Assembly: GCA_003161635.1 (NCBI GenBank)
Contig: PMOA01000155.1
Span: forward strand, 23,768-87,767
Reading direction: 5' to 3'
Origin: Limisphaerales bacterium
Lineage (GTDB): Bacteria > Verrucomicrobiota > Verrucomicrobiia > Limisphaerales > UBA11358
DNA: 64,000 nucleotides
This document shows, piece by piece, positions 8,134-17,251 of this stretch. A program made the translations under genes and the position numbers. Each line of letters begins with the position of its first letter. Position 1 is the first letter of the stretch. The notes beneath the pieces are model-generated. The model made no database searches, was not told the DNA's origin, and saw only the letters and a program-made list of their open reading frames with translations.

Positions 8134-9159
8134 CTATCCCCGCGCCGCCTGGAGGAACGCCTGGAGATTGGCGGTGGTCACGCCGGGAGGCACACCGCCG
8201 CCGCACGAGAGAATGAGCCGCAACGGGTCCTTCACCTCCGCCAGCAGTTTCTTCACGGCGGCGCGCACATCATCGGGTGTGCCCTGCGCCAGCACGTCGC
8301 GCGGTGGAATATTGCCAAGGATGGTGAGCTGGTGGCCGGAGAGCTGCCGCATCTCGGTGAGCGAGGTCTGGATGCCGGGGTTGTAAAGGTTGATGCCGAG
8401 GTCGGGATAATATTTGATGGATTTGGCGCACGGCGCGTCGTTGTGGAAAAATTTCACCGCAACCTTGACGTCATACAATTCACGAAGATAAGGCAGGCCG
8501 AACTCGACGAAATCCGGTTCGCCCATGAAGCCCACGATGTCGTCGAGCATCAACATGCCGTCAATCGTGGGGAACGTCTCGCGCTGGAGCGCGTGCCATT
8601 GCTTCAGGAAATCCGTGATGACCCGCAACAGCCGGTGCACCGGTTCCGGGTCGGTCTTGAGCGCCATCAGGAATTCGGTCGCGCCCATCAGGAAGGTCGC
8701 CACGTTCAGCGGGCCGCGCGAGACGGAGAACCGGATTTTGTGGCCGAGGTCTTCGATGCGCGGGCGCGCCCAGCGCAGGCGATTGAGCATGAACGGCAGC
8801 AAACCGTCCGTGGCTGGATTGGGAACCTTGAGATCGGCGATCTGTCCGGCATCGGTGATGATTTTTTCGGCGAAGGGGAATTCATTGCGCGGAAAAACGC
8901 AGCGGCTGCCAAACGCGGACGGTTCGGTGCACATGCCGAACTCGGACCAGAACCCCGGCAGGAACCAGACGTCGGGAAACGTCTCGATGGCCTTGCGGTT
9001 CGTCTCGAACCAGAGCGTCTCGCTCGACAGGTAATCGGCAATGTCCAGCCCCTGCCAGCCGGGCAGCCACGGGCAGTCAATGATGAAGCCCACGGGCGGC
9101 GGTTGCCGGAGTTCGCCGCGCAACACGGCGAGCAGATCGTTCCATTGTCGGTCGGTCAT
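8134..9159 (-). CDS. Uroporphyrinogen decarboxylase (URO-D)/MtaA-like family protein, function unknown
   Basis: ORF 8134..9276. The first 39 codons lie in repeat family B, so the likely start is MTDRQW at 9159. The URO-D-like C-terminal pattern (LILSCGGGVPPGVTTANL) supports the family call. Confidence 0.6.
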   Translation of the reverse strand: MTDRQWNDLLAVLRGELRQPPPVGFIIDCPWLPGWQGLDIADYLSSETLWFETNRKAIETFPDVWFLPGFWSEFGMCTEPSAFGSRCVFPRNEFPFAEKIITDAGQIADLKVPNPATDGLLPFMLNRLRWARPRIEDLGHKIRFSVSRGPLNVATFLMGATEFLMALKTDPEPVHRLLRVITDFLKQWHALQRETFPTIDGMLMLDDIVGFMGEPDFVEFGLPYLRELYDVKVAVKFFHNDAPCAKSIKYYPDLGINLYNPGIQTSLTEMRQLSGHQLTILGNIPPRDVLAQGTPDDVRAAVKKLLAEVKDPLRLILSCGGGVPPGVTTANLQAFLQAARG

Positions 9160-9223
9160 GGCCGGGTTTCTTTTGCTTGCAGAACGGATTAACGCAATTT
9201 CTGCCCCAGTGCACGCTGATAAT

Positions 9224-9291
9224 TGTAGCGGCGCTCTATGAGCGTCGCCGTTGAATCGGGATTTTGCGACGGTCACAGACCGCCGCTACAG
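9224..9291. repeat. Family B palindromic element (tGTAGCGGCGCTCT ... AGACCGCCGCTACAg)
   Basis: The outer 14-nt arms are complementary with 1 mismatch. There is an inner cgtcgc/gcgacg stem. Confidence 0.85.
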
Positions 9292-9342
9292 CCATCCCCA
9301 CCATCGCTCGACACTTCCGCCGGCTGTGCTTAGATTTGACGC

Positions 9343-9924
9343 GTGAATTTGCCGCCACTCATTCTCGCCTCGGCCTCGCCACGCCGCGCGGAATTGTTGC
9401 GGCAATTGAAACTGAAGTTTCAGGTTGTTTCCAGCGACGCAGCCGAAATTCTGGACGAACAACTGTCGCCGCTCGAACTTTGCCAGATCAACGCCCATCG
9501 CAAGGCGCGGGCGGTGGCAAAGAAAAATCCCGACTCACTTGTGCTCGGAGCGGACACGCTGGTTTTTCTTGCCGGCGAAATCATGGGCAAGCCCATAAGC
9601 CCCGCCGATGCGGAACGGATGCTGACGCGGCTGCAGGGCCGGACCCATCAAGTCGTCACCGGCATCAGCCTGATTCATTTGCGCGCACACCGGGAACGGA
9701 TTTTTGCGGTGAGCACGGACGTGATGTTTCATCCGCTCGATGCCGGACAAATCCGCGACTATCTGGCGAAGGTGAACCCGCTGGACAAGGCGGGTGCTTA
9801 CGCGATTCAGGAGCACGGCGACAAAATTATCGCGGAAATCTCCGGCTCTTACAGCAACGTCGTCGGTTTGCCGCTGGAAAAATTAAAAGAAGAGCTTCAA
9901 ATTTTGCAAACACGCGAAACTTGA
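9343..9924 (+). CDS. maf: Maf-like nucleoside triphosphate pyrophosphatase
   Basis: LILASASPRRAELL N-terminus and the AGAYAIQ motif; 193 aa. Confidence 0.85.
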   Translation: MNLPPLILASASPRRAELLRQLKLKFQVVSSDAAEILDEQLSPLELCQINAHRKARAVAKKNPDSLVLGADTLVFLAGEIMGKPISPADAERMLTRLQGRTHQVVTGISLIHLRAHRERIFAVSTDVMFHPLDAGQIRDYLAKVNPLDKAGAYAIQEHGDKIIAEISGSYSNVVGLPLEKLKEELQILQTRET

Positions 9925-10268
9925 TGGCGATGGGCGGCAAAAGTTTTGTAGCCCCAATTGAATAGATTTCGGCACAGGGGCACGATGGAAAAGAGATAAA
10001 ATGGACACGCCCACCAAATGCGTTTCATGGCGTATCGATAAACGTCTGCGCCTTGGATTTGGTCGCCGTTGGCCAGCAGCAATCTCAAGTCTTGCAACAA
10101 ATCTTTTTCATCCAACCGTATTTTTTGCCTGACCCAATCAGCTTGCAATGGCGCGATGGCAAAACCTCGCTTGAGCAAGGCATTTTCCCAGAACGGAACC
10201 CATCGCCGGCAAAAGCCGCAAGAGTCGTCATAAAGAAGCCAACCTTTGGGTGCTGCTGTACTCATCAT
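9897..10268 (-). CDS. DCC-family thiol-disulfide oxidoreductase (DUF393)
   Basis: YDDSCGFCRRWV (DxxCxxC) near the N-terminus; 123 aa. It overlaps the upstream gene by 4 nt. Confidence 0.7.
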   Translation of the reverse strand: MMSTAAPKGWLLYDDSCGFCRRWVPFWENALLKRGFAIAPLQADWVRQKIRLDEKDLLQDLRLLLANGDQIQGADVYRYAMKRIWWACPFYLFSIVPLCRNLFNWGYKTFAAHRHQVSRVCKI

Positions 10269-11005
10269 TTCAGCCGGACACCTTGATACACTTTCACCGC
10301 CGATCCTTCAGCCAGAAAGGCGGACGAGGGCGGCCGGTTCAAAGCGTTGCAATATGGTTTGCCGTAAAGAGCGGCGACGTCGCAATGCAGTTCCGCCGTT
10401 TGGGCCTCCCAAACCCGCCAACGCGGATGCTCCACACGATATTCCAATATTGAGCCGTCGCGTTGAACTGAATAGCCCCAATAATGTTCGGTGATGAATT
10501 CCTGTTCCGAGCCTTCAACCAGCGGTTGGGCGTTGCCGCGAGTGGCCAGCTTCAAACAATCTTCGTTTCCATTGATCCGCCAAAAATACGCCGCGTATTT
10601 GACCTCATCCGGCCGGGCGGGAGATTTTTCAATTTGATGGGCCATGGACAGCGCGACGTAATTTTCATTGTAAAACGTGCGCGCAATCAGGGCGATGACC
10701 ATGCGGGGAACCAGCTCTTTGATGAAAACCACGGCCCTGCGCCAACCATCATCCGCCTTTCGACGCACGTAAAACCGCAAATTCACCTCCTCAAAGTTGC
10801 GATGGAATGGGATCGGAATTCCGCCCACGCGCGTATTCTGAAAAAGAAATCCCACCACGCTGACAATGGTTTTGCCGTTCCAAAAATCCAATTCCGTTCC
10901 AGACGGAAGAAAAGGGGCGAGAATCTTCGGATCAATTTCGTAATTCAACATCGCCAAATAACGCCATTCGGCTGCCAGAAAAACAGACGTTGCATGGTTC
11001 TTCAT
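10265..11005 (-). CDS. DUF2071-family protein
   Basis: 246 aa. The N-terminal pattern AEWRYLAMLNYEIDP..LP is typical of DUF2071. It abuts the M20 gene stop with no gap. Confidence 0.55.
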   Translation of the reverse strand: MKNHATSVFLAAEWRYLAMLNYEIDPKILAPFLPSGTELDFWNGKTIVSVVGFLFQNTRVGGIPIPFHRNFEEVNLRFYVRRKADDGWRRAVVFIKELVPRMVIALIARTFYNENYVALSMAHQIEKSPARPDEVKYAAYFWRINGNEDCLKLATRGNAQPLVEGSEQEFITEHYWGYSVQRDGSILEYRVEHPRWRVWEAQTAELHCDVAALYGKPYCNALNRPPSSAFLAEGSAVKVYQGVRLK

Positions 11006-12406
11006 TCAAATGCGGCTTAACTCCTGCCACAGATGCGCGCTCATCGCCTGGCCTTTGGCGAAGCAATCGAGGTTGAATTTTTCGTTCGGCGAATGCGCGT
11101 TGTCGTCTGGCAAACCCAAACCCAAAAGCAATGAATCGGCGCGGAGAATTTTTTTGAAATCGTTGACGATGGGGATCGAGCCGCCTTCACGCATCAATAC
11201 CGGCTGGCATCCAAACGCGGCTTTGAGCGCGCGCAATGCCGCCTGCGCCTCGCAGCTCTGCGGCGAAACCAGATACGCCTCCGCGCCATGACCGGCCTCG
11301 ATTTCGAGCCGCACCGTCGGCGGACAGATTTTTTCGATATATCGGCAAACGAGTTCGCGAATCTTCGCCGGTCTTTGGTTCGGCACGAGGCGGCAGGTGA
11401 TTTTGGCGCGCGCCCACGCGGGCACAATCGTCTTGCTGCCCTGGCCTTGATAGCCGCTGGTCAGGCCGTTGATCTCGAACGTCGGGCGCGCACTGCGCTG
11501 TTCGGTGGGCGTGAAGCCGCGTTCGCCGAATAATTTTTTTACGCCGAGCAATTTTTGGAGGTCGCGGTCCTTGATGGGCAACCGGGCGAATTGTTTCCGT
11601 TCGTAAGCCGAAAGCGGCGCAATATCGTCGTAGAAACCCGGAATGGTCACGCGGCCACTGGCGTCACGGATTTGCGCGAGCAGGCGGGCGAGGGCCATCG
11701 CTGGATTTTCCACCGCCCCGCCAAAGACGCCGGAGTGCAAATCGCGCGACGGGCCATGCACCGTGATCTCAAACGCGATGATGCCACGCAACGAATAGGT
11801 GAGCGCCGGATGTTTCGGACTGGGCATGCCGGTGTCCGAGACGACGACGGCATCGCAACCCAGCTCCCGGCGATGGGCTTTGAGAAACTTCGCGAGGTTC
11901 GCGCTGCCGACTTCCTCCTCGCCTTCGATGACGAACGTGAGGTCGCAGGGCAGGGGAGTGCCGGTTTTGAGATAAGCCTCGACGGCTTTCAAATGTGCGA
12001 AGTTCTGGCCTTTGTTGTCCGTGCTGCCGCGGGCGTAAATCGAGCGGCCGACGATGCGCGGCGCGAACGGCGGCGACTTCCACAAATCGAGCGGCTCCGG
12101 CGGCTGCACGTCGTAATGGCCGTAAATCATGAAGTGCGGTTTGCGGGAATTATTGTTGCGCCCGCCTTCGCTGCGCTTCGGCGCGGCAAGCGGCGTCTTG
12201 GCGACGACGATGGGATGGCCGGCGGTCGGGCACAGGCGCGCGTCGAGGCCGATTTGCCGGCAATGGTTCATGAGCCAGGCGGCGCAAGCGCGCAAATCCT
12301 TTTTGTGTTGCGGCTGCGCGGAGACGCTGGGAAAGCGAAGGTATTCGCACAATTCCGCCACGAAGCGGGCCTGGTTGCGTTTCAAGTAATCGAGCACGAC
12401 TTGCAT
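11006..12406 (-). CDS. M20-family dipeptidase / peptidase
   Basis: YGHYDVQP, ARGSTDNKG and FVIEGEEEVGS metal-binding/catalytic blocks; 466 aa. Confidence 0.8.
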   Translation of the reverse strand: MQVVLDYLKRNQARFVAELCEYLRFPSVSAQPQHKKDLRACAAWLMNHCRQIGLDARLCPTAGHPIVVAKTPLAAPKRSEGGRNNNSRKPHFMIYGHYDVQPPEPLDLWKSPPFAPRIVGRSIYARGSTDNKGQNFAHLKAVEAYLKTGTPLPCDLTFVIEGEEEVGSANLAKFLKAHRRELGCDAVVVSDTGMPSPKHPALTYSLRGIIAFEITVHGPSRDLHSGVFGGAVENPAMALARLLAQIRDASGRVTIPGFYDDIAPLSAYERKQFARLPIKDRDLQKLLGVKKLFGERGFTPTEQRSARPTFEINGLTSGYQGQGSKTIVPAWARAKITCRLVPNQRPAKIRELVCRYIEKICPPTVRLEIEAGHGAEAYLVSPQSCEAQAALRALKAAFGCQPVLMREGGSIPIVNDFKKILRADSLLLGLGLPDDNAHSPNEKFNLDCFAKGQAMSAHLWQELSRI

Positions 12407-12432
12407 GGCGTTTAGTTAATCCGTGAATGGCG

Positions 12433-12452
12433 CGCTTGCCAAAACAAAACTC
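12433..12452 (+). repeat. 20-nt perfect direct repeat cgcttgccaaaacaaaactc, copy 1
   Basis: Identical to 12882..12901. Together the two copies bracket the 85-aa membrane-protein gene. Confidence 0.85.
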
Positions 12453-12617
12453 ACGGGTGGATTTAGGATGGTGGTACAGTTTGGGTGGGGCGAGGCTACT
12501 GACGAGCCGGCTCGCGAGGACTCTCGCCCCACCGAAATTGCAAACTTACCACTACCGGATTTATCGCTGGCTTGACAGGACGGCTGCCGTTGATTCAGCC
12601 TTGGCCGGAACGGCAAC

Positions 12618-12875
12618 ATGAAACCTTCCGAACTTTTTGGCGTGGTCATCCGGATGATCGGTTTTCTGGTCATCCTCTACGGCCTGTGGAACGTGTGGGC
12701 GGGCTTTGAAAACATCTTTGAAAACATCCTGCCCGCGAATCAAAGCGGCGATGCCGACCTGCCTTCGTCTCTTTCTTATTTCGCGTTTGGTGTCCCGGCG
12801 CTGGTGCTGGGGGCCGTTTGTTTCTTCCTTGCCGACTGGATTGTCAAACTGGCTTACCGGGATTCTTCCCAATAA
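12618..12875 (+). CDS. Small two-TM membrane protein, hypothetical
   Basis: 85-aa ORF with two hydrophobic helices, flanked by a perfect 20-nt direct repeat. Confidence 0.4.
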   Translation: MKPSELFGVVIRMIGFLVILYGLWNVWAGFENIFENILPANQSGDADLPSSLSYFAFGVPALVLGAVCFFLADWIVKLAYRDSSQ

Positions 12876-12881
12876 CGCGGC

Positions 12882-12901
12882 CGCTTGCCAAAACAAAACT
12901 C
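12882..12901 (+). repeat. 20-nt perfect direct repeat cgcttgccaaaacaaaactc, copy 2
   Basis: Identical to 12433..12452. Confidence 0.85.
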
Positions 12902-13173
12902 GCCGGCAAATTCAGCGCCTGATTGAGGCAAGGCCGCTCAAGCGCCGGGGATTTTTAAGTATCCATTTTTTGTCATACCTGCCTCAAATTGGGGCGTTTC
13001 CACCCTTTGACTTGCGAACAGGAAATTTTTGTTCCGCAGCAAGAAGGCTTTCGTGATGCGCTCTCGATAGTTCATGCCGAAAGGCAGGAATCGTTGCCCG
13101 TGTCCGGCGAATTGCTTTGCGCGCGTTGCAATTTTTATCTGGTTAAATTAAACGTTCCGGTACAAACTCCGTT

Positions 13174-13398
13174 ATGAAGAATCACAAGCCAACGCGCCGG
13201 ATCAGCCTTCAACCGCTGGAAACCGGTCAAATCTGGCGGATGGCGGAGTTAAATCTCAAGGTGGGACTTGTTGGCAAATTGCTGGTGCATTACAAACTCG
13301 CCAAACCCGACGCCATCAGAAGCTCCAACTCCTGCAGTGGTATAACGACCGTTGAGAAATATCTGAAAAAGAACAAGGCCGTCCTGGTTTCAGCATAG
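13174..13398 (+). CDS. Hypothetical small basic protein
   Basis: 74-aa ATG ORF in a lower-GC gap. No family recognised. It overlaps by 4 nt (ATGA) a dubious TTG-initiated 62-aa ORF at 12989..13177. Confidence 0.3.
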   Translation: MKNHKPTRRISLQPLETGQIWRMAELNLKVGLVGKLLVHYKLAKPDAIRSSNSCSGITTVEKYLKKNKAVLVSA

Positions 13399-13414
13399 TT
13401 CACCCGCCGAAAAA

Positions 13415-14521
<1,107 letters not shown>

Positions 14522-14590
14522 TCATTACTGAAGGGAAAAATAAAAGGCTCGAAGAAAAATCATTGGGCAGGGCAGGCGATTTAATGTCTT

Positions 14591-14745
14591 TGTAGAGCAG
14601 ACATTCCTGTCTGCTGGTTGGCGGAACTTTCCAGTTCCGCTTCATGGCGACAAGAATGTCGTCCGAACCCGCAGACTGGCCACTGTCGCGCCGAAGCGGC
14701 GCTATGATGCACCGCGAAGGCGGAAAAGTCTGCGCTACATGGACG
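14591..14745. repeat. Family A: cluster of GTAG-headed short hairpins with TTCC / TTTCCA loops
   Basis: gtag-agcagaca-ttcc-tgtctgct and gcggaac-tttcca-gttccgc, among others. A third partial inverted copy (caacaggaatgtctgcgctgc) lies at ~14829..14856. Confidence 0.8.
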
Positions 14746-14855
14746 CAGGGATGAGGATTGAATCACCGCGTGCCGGCCGAATTCTGGTGGACAAGAATGA
14801 GACCGGGAATAGGGCCGGGCCGGATTCACGCAACAGGAATGTCTGCGCTGCTGGC

Positions 14856-16796
14856 TTATTCACGAATTGAAATCGGCGGCAGGTATTCACCGATTAATTC
14901 GCGCTTCCACCAGGCGCCCGCCTGCGGGGACGAAGCTCCGACCTGTGTGTTGGAGCGAAGGCCCGCGGCGCGGCGTTCGGCGAGGTTGGTGAAACGATAA
15001 TCGTAAAATTCTGCCCGAATATAGCGCGGTGGATGACCGGGAAACGGATTTTTTTCCAGCAAGGCCAGGACTTCCGGCGAGCCCTGCAACAGCCGCTCGC
15101 AAAAATTCACGAACCAGGGGTTCTGCTGGGAATTGCCAAGGGCAGCAAACCACATCTGCCAGTCCAGCCGCGGTTGGTGGGGTGCAACAAATGCCGGCCG
15201 CCAGTTCACGTCACCGGGCTTGTATTTGAATTCGTAGGCCAGCCAGTTGGTTCCGTCGCTGCTGCCTTCCACCACGATCTCACGCCGTTCGGTCGTCATT
15301 ACGGCAAACAAACCGTAACTATTGAACGTCCGCAGCGGCCCAAGCCAGGCATCCACGACCGCTACCGGCAGAAACCAAACCGGTCGTGCGCCAAACAGGA
15401 GGGCCGTTTGAAAGAAGTAAATGAGCATCACCACGATGGCGAGCGGAACGATGACAGTGCGAGACCAACGGCGCGCCGGGTTGTGGGTTGAGGGTTGAGA
15501 GTTGAGGGTAAAGGCGTGACGCAGCCTGGCTGGTGCGAGTTTCGCCAGCGCAGAGTCGTCGAGCAGCAACAGGCAGAGCGCCAGCGTCAGCCAGTTGAAA
15601 AAAGTGTAATTGCCGGTCAACAGGATCAGGATTTGAAAAATGGCGATGGCCGCGCCGCCGCAAAACCTCAGCCGGCGCGGCGCAAAAATCAGCAACGATG
15701 CGCCGAGTTCGACGGCGAACATCACCAGGCAGGAGGCTTTTTGAAACCATCCCGGCAACTGGTCCGCATACCAGCCAATCCAAGTGGGCAGTGGCTGGGT
15801 CTGGTAGTGAAATGTGAGGGCCATGAGGTTGCGCCAGTTTGGATCACCGCTGAACAGCTTCACGCAACCGGACGAAAACATGAGCTTGAACAACAATAAT
15901 CGCAGCAGCCAGAGCACGACGCGCGAGGGTGGAGTTTCGCGCGCTGGCCGTGGCCACCATTGCATCGGCGCCAGGAAAATGGCGAGGAAACCGGCTTCGA
16001 GCAGCAGATTGTCCCATTGAAAACCGAGAAAATCACGGCCAACGGTCACCAGCGAAAGATAAAACAGCCAGAGCAGGGCCAGGCAGGGCGCGGGCGCAAG
16101 ATTGAAAATCAGCAGCAAGGCCAGCACTGAACCCGCCGCGCATTGGAAGTGCAAAAAGCCGTCGGACGCATTGAACCAGCACAACGTCGGCAGCAGGTAA
16201 TAGCGGTCCAGGCCGATTCCCTGCCGGTCGCATTGTTGTCCGGCTCCGGACATGAACTGGTCGGCCGGCAAAATGCCGTTGTGCCCGATGAGGCCGCTGA
16301 TTTGCGTCCACAACGAAACGAACGCGATGAGGTAAATCACGCCCAGGGTGCGCAGAAAAATCCGGCGCGTGAGAAAATGCGCCGGCGGCTCGATGTGTCG
16401 TCCCCAGAACCAGCGCGTCAGCCGGGAGAACAAGGTTCGATTTTCAGCGACCAGGCGGTAGGCCCATTCAGCGAGGTTCGCCAACATCGGCGATTTTTCG
16501 TAACCGCGCAGTGGCCATTGCCGGTTGGGATTGTGCGCCCACGTGCGGAAAACGGCCTCCGCACCGGAATAAACCAGGCCGTCGGTTTCGATGAGCACGA
16601 CGGCCGTGTCAAATTGCCGGCTGGGAATTTCGCGAAATTGCGCGGCGATGTGCGGGTCCTGGGCGGGCAGATAGTCCACGCTGTCGCCGGTCATTTGCTG
16701 CCAGCGGCGGATCCACAACGTGCAGAAATTGCAGTCGCCGTCAAAAACCAGCAACGGCTTGGCCGGCGGTGTGGCGACGCGGATGCCGCTTTGCAT
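14856..16796 (-). CDS. Fusion protein: N-terminal DCC thiol-disulfide oxidoreductase domain + lipase maturation factor (LMF1)-like polytopic membrane domain
   Basis: The N-terminus FDGDCNFCTLWIRRW is a DCC motif. It is followed by many TM helices and an LMF-like C-terminal region (LDWQMWFAAL). An in-frame heptamer array at 15486..15509 encodes TLNSQPST. Confidence 0.7.
   Translation of the reverse strand: MQSGIRVATPPAKPLLVFDGDCNFCTLWIRRWQQMTGDSVDYLPAQDPHIAAQFREIPSRQFDTAVVLIETDGLVYSGAEAVFRTWAHNPNRQWPLRGYEKSPMLANLAEWAYRLVAENRTLFSRLTRWFWGRHIEPPAHFLTRRIFLRTLGVIYLIAFVSLWTQISGLIGHNGILPADQFMSGAGQQCDRQGIGLDRYYLLPTLCWFNASDGFLHFQCAAGSVLALLLIFNLAPAPCLALLWLFYLSLVTVGRDFLGFQWDNLLLEAGFLAIFLAPMQWWPRPARETPPSRVVLWLLRLLLFKLMFSSGCVKLFSGDPNWRNLMALTFHYQTQPLPTWIGWYADQLPGWFQKASCLVMFAVELGASLLIFAPRRLRFCGGAAIAIFQILILLTGNYTFFNWLTLALCLLLLDDSALAKLAPARLRHAFTLNSQPSTHNPARRWSRTVIVPLAIVVMLIYFFQTALLFGARPVWFLPVAVVDAWLGPLRTFNSYGLFAVMTTERREIVVEGSSDGTNWLAYEFKYKPGDVNWRPAFVAPHQPRLDWQMWFAALGNSQQNPWFVNFCERLLQGSPEVLALLEKNPFPGHPPRYIRAEFYDYRFTNLAERRAAGLRSNTQVGASSPQAGAWWKRELIGEYLPPISIRE
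15486..15509. repeat. Heptamer array (GTTGAGG GTTGAGA GTTGAGG) in frame inside the DCC-LMF gene
   Basis: Read directly; encodes TLNSQPST on the minus strand. Confidence 0.75.
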
Positions 16797-16889
16797 GATT
16801 CAACGTTAAACCAGCGGCGGCATGGAATGCAACAGGCAGCGACGCGAACTTGCAAGCCGGTTTCCGGTGCAATCGGAGGGGCGAATTCC

Positions 16890-17189
16890 ATGAGCCCCCA
16901 ATTAGAAAAGCCGGCAGAGAAGTTAGGGCGTCGTGGAACTCCACCCTCCGAAACACGTCAAAAACCCTCTGCCCTCCTTGACACCCGCGTCGTTTATTGT
17001 GGCGACAATCTGGAACAGCTCGCGAAGCTGCCCGATGCCTGCGTGGATTTGATTTACATTGACCCGCCTGCGTGGCCGAAGCCACTTCGTCGCGGCGAAG
17101 GCCCGCCCTTCAACTCCAATCGCAACTACGAAGTCTTCTGGGGCGAGACCAATTCGCGGTGCAGCTCCATGGGAACGCGTTCCGTGTGA
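16890..17189 (+). pseudogene. Remnant (N-terminal ~95 aa) of an N6/N4 DNA methyltransferase, disrupted in the DPPF motif
   Basis: VYCGDNLEQLAKLPDACVDLIYIDPP[AWPKPLRRGEGPP]FNSNRNYEVFWGET, then an unrelated tail and a stop. The target-recognition and SAM-binding remainder is missing. Confidence 0.55.
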
Positions 17190-17251
17190 TAGGGAAATTT
17201 CCTTTTCTTCACCCGTTTTCCGGTTATCCTGCTGCGCTCTGATTTAAGACA

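Noticed and set aside
14685-14700. GCCACTG word resembling the B12-box of cobalamin riboswitches
   Set aside because: It lies inside a family A repeat copy. The rest of the riboswitch core is absent and no cobalamin-related gene lies downstream.
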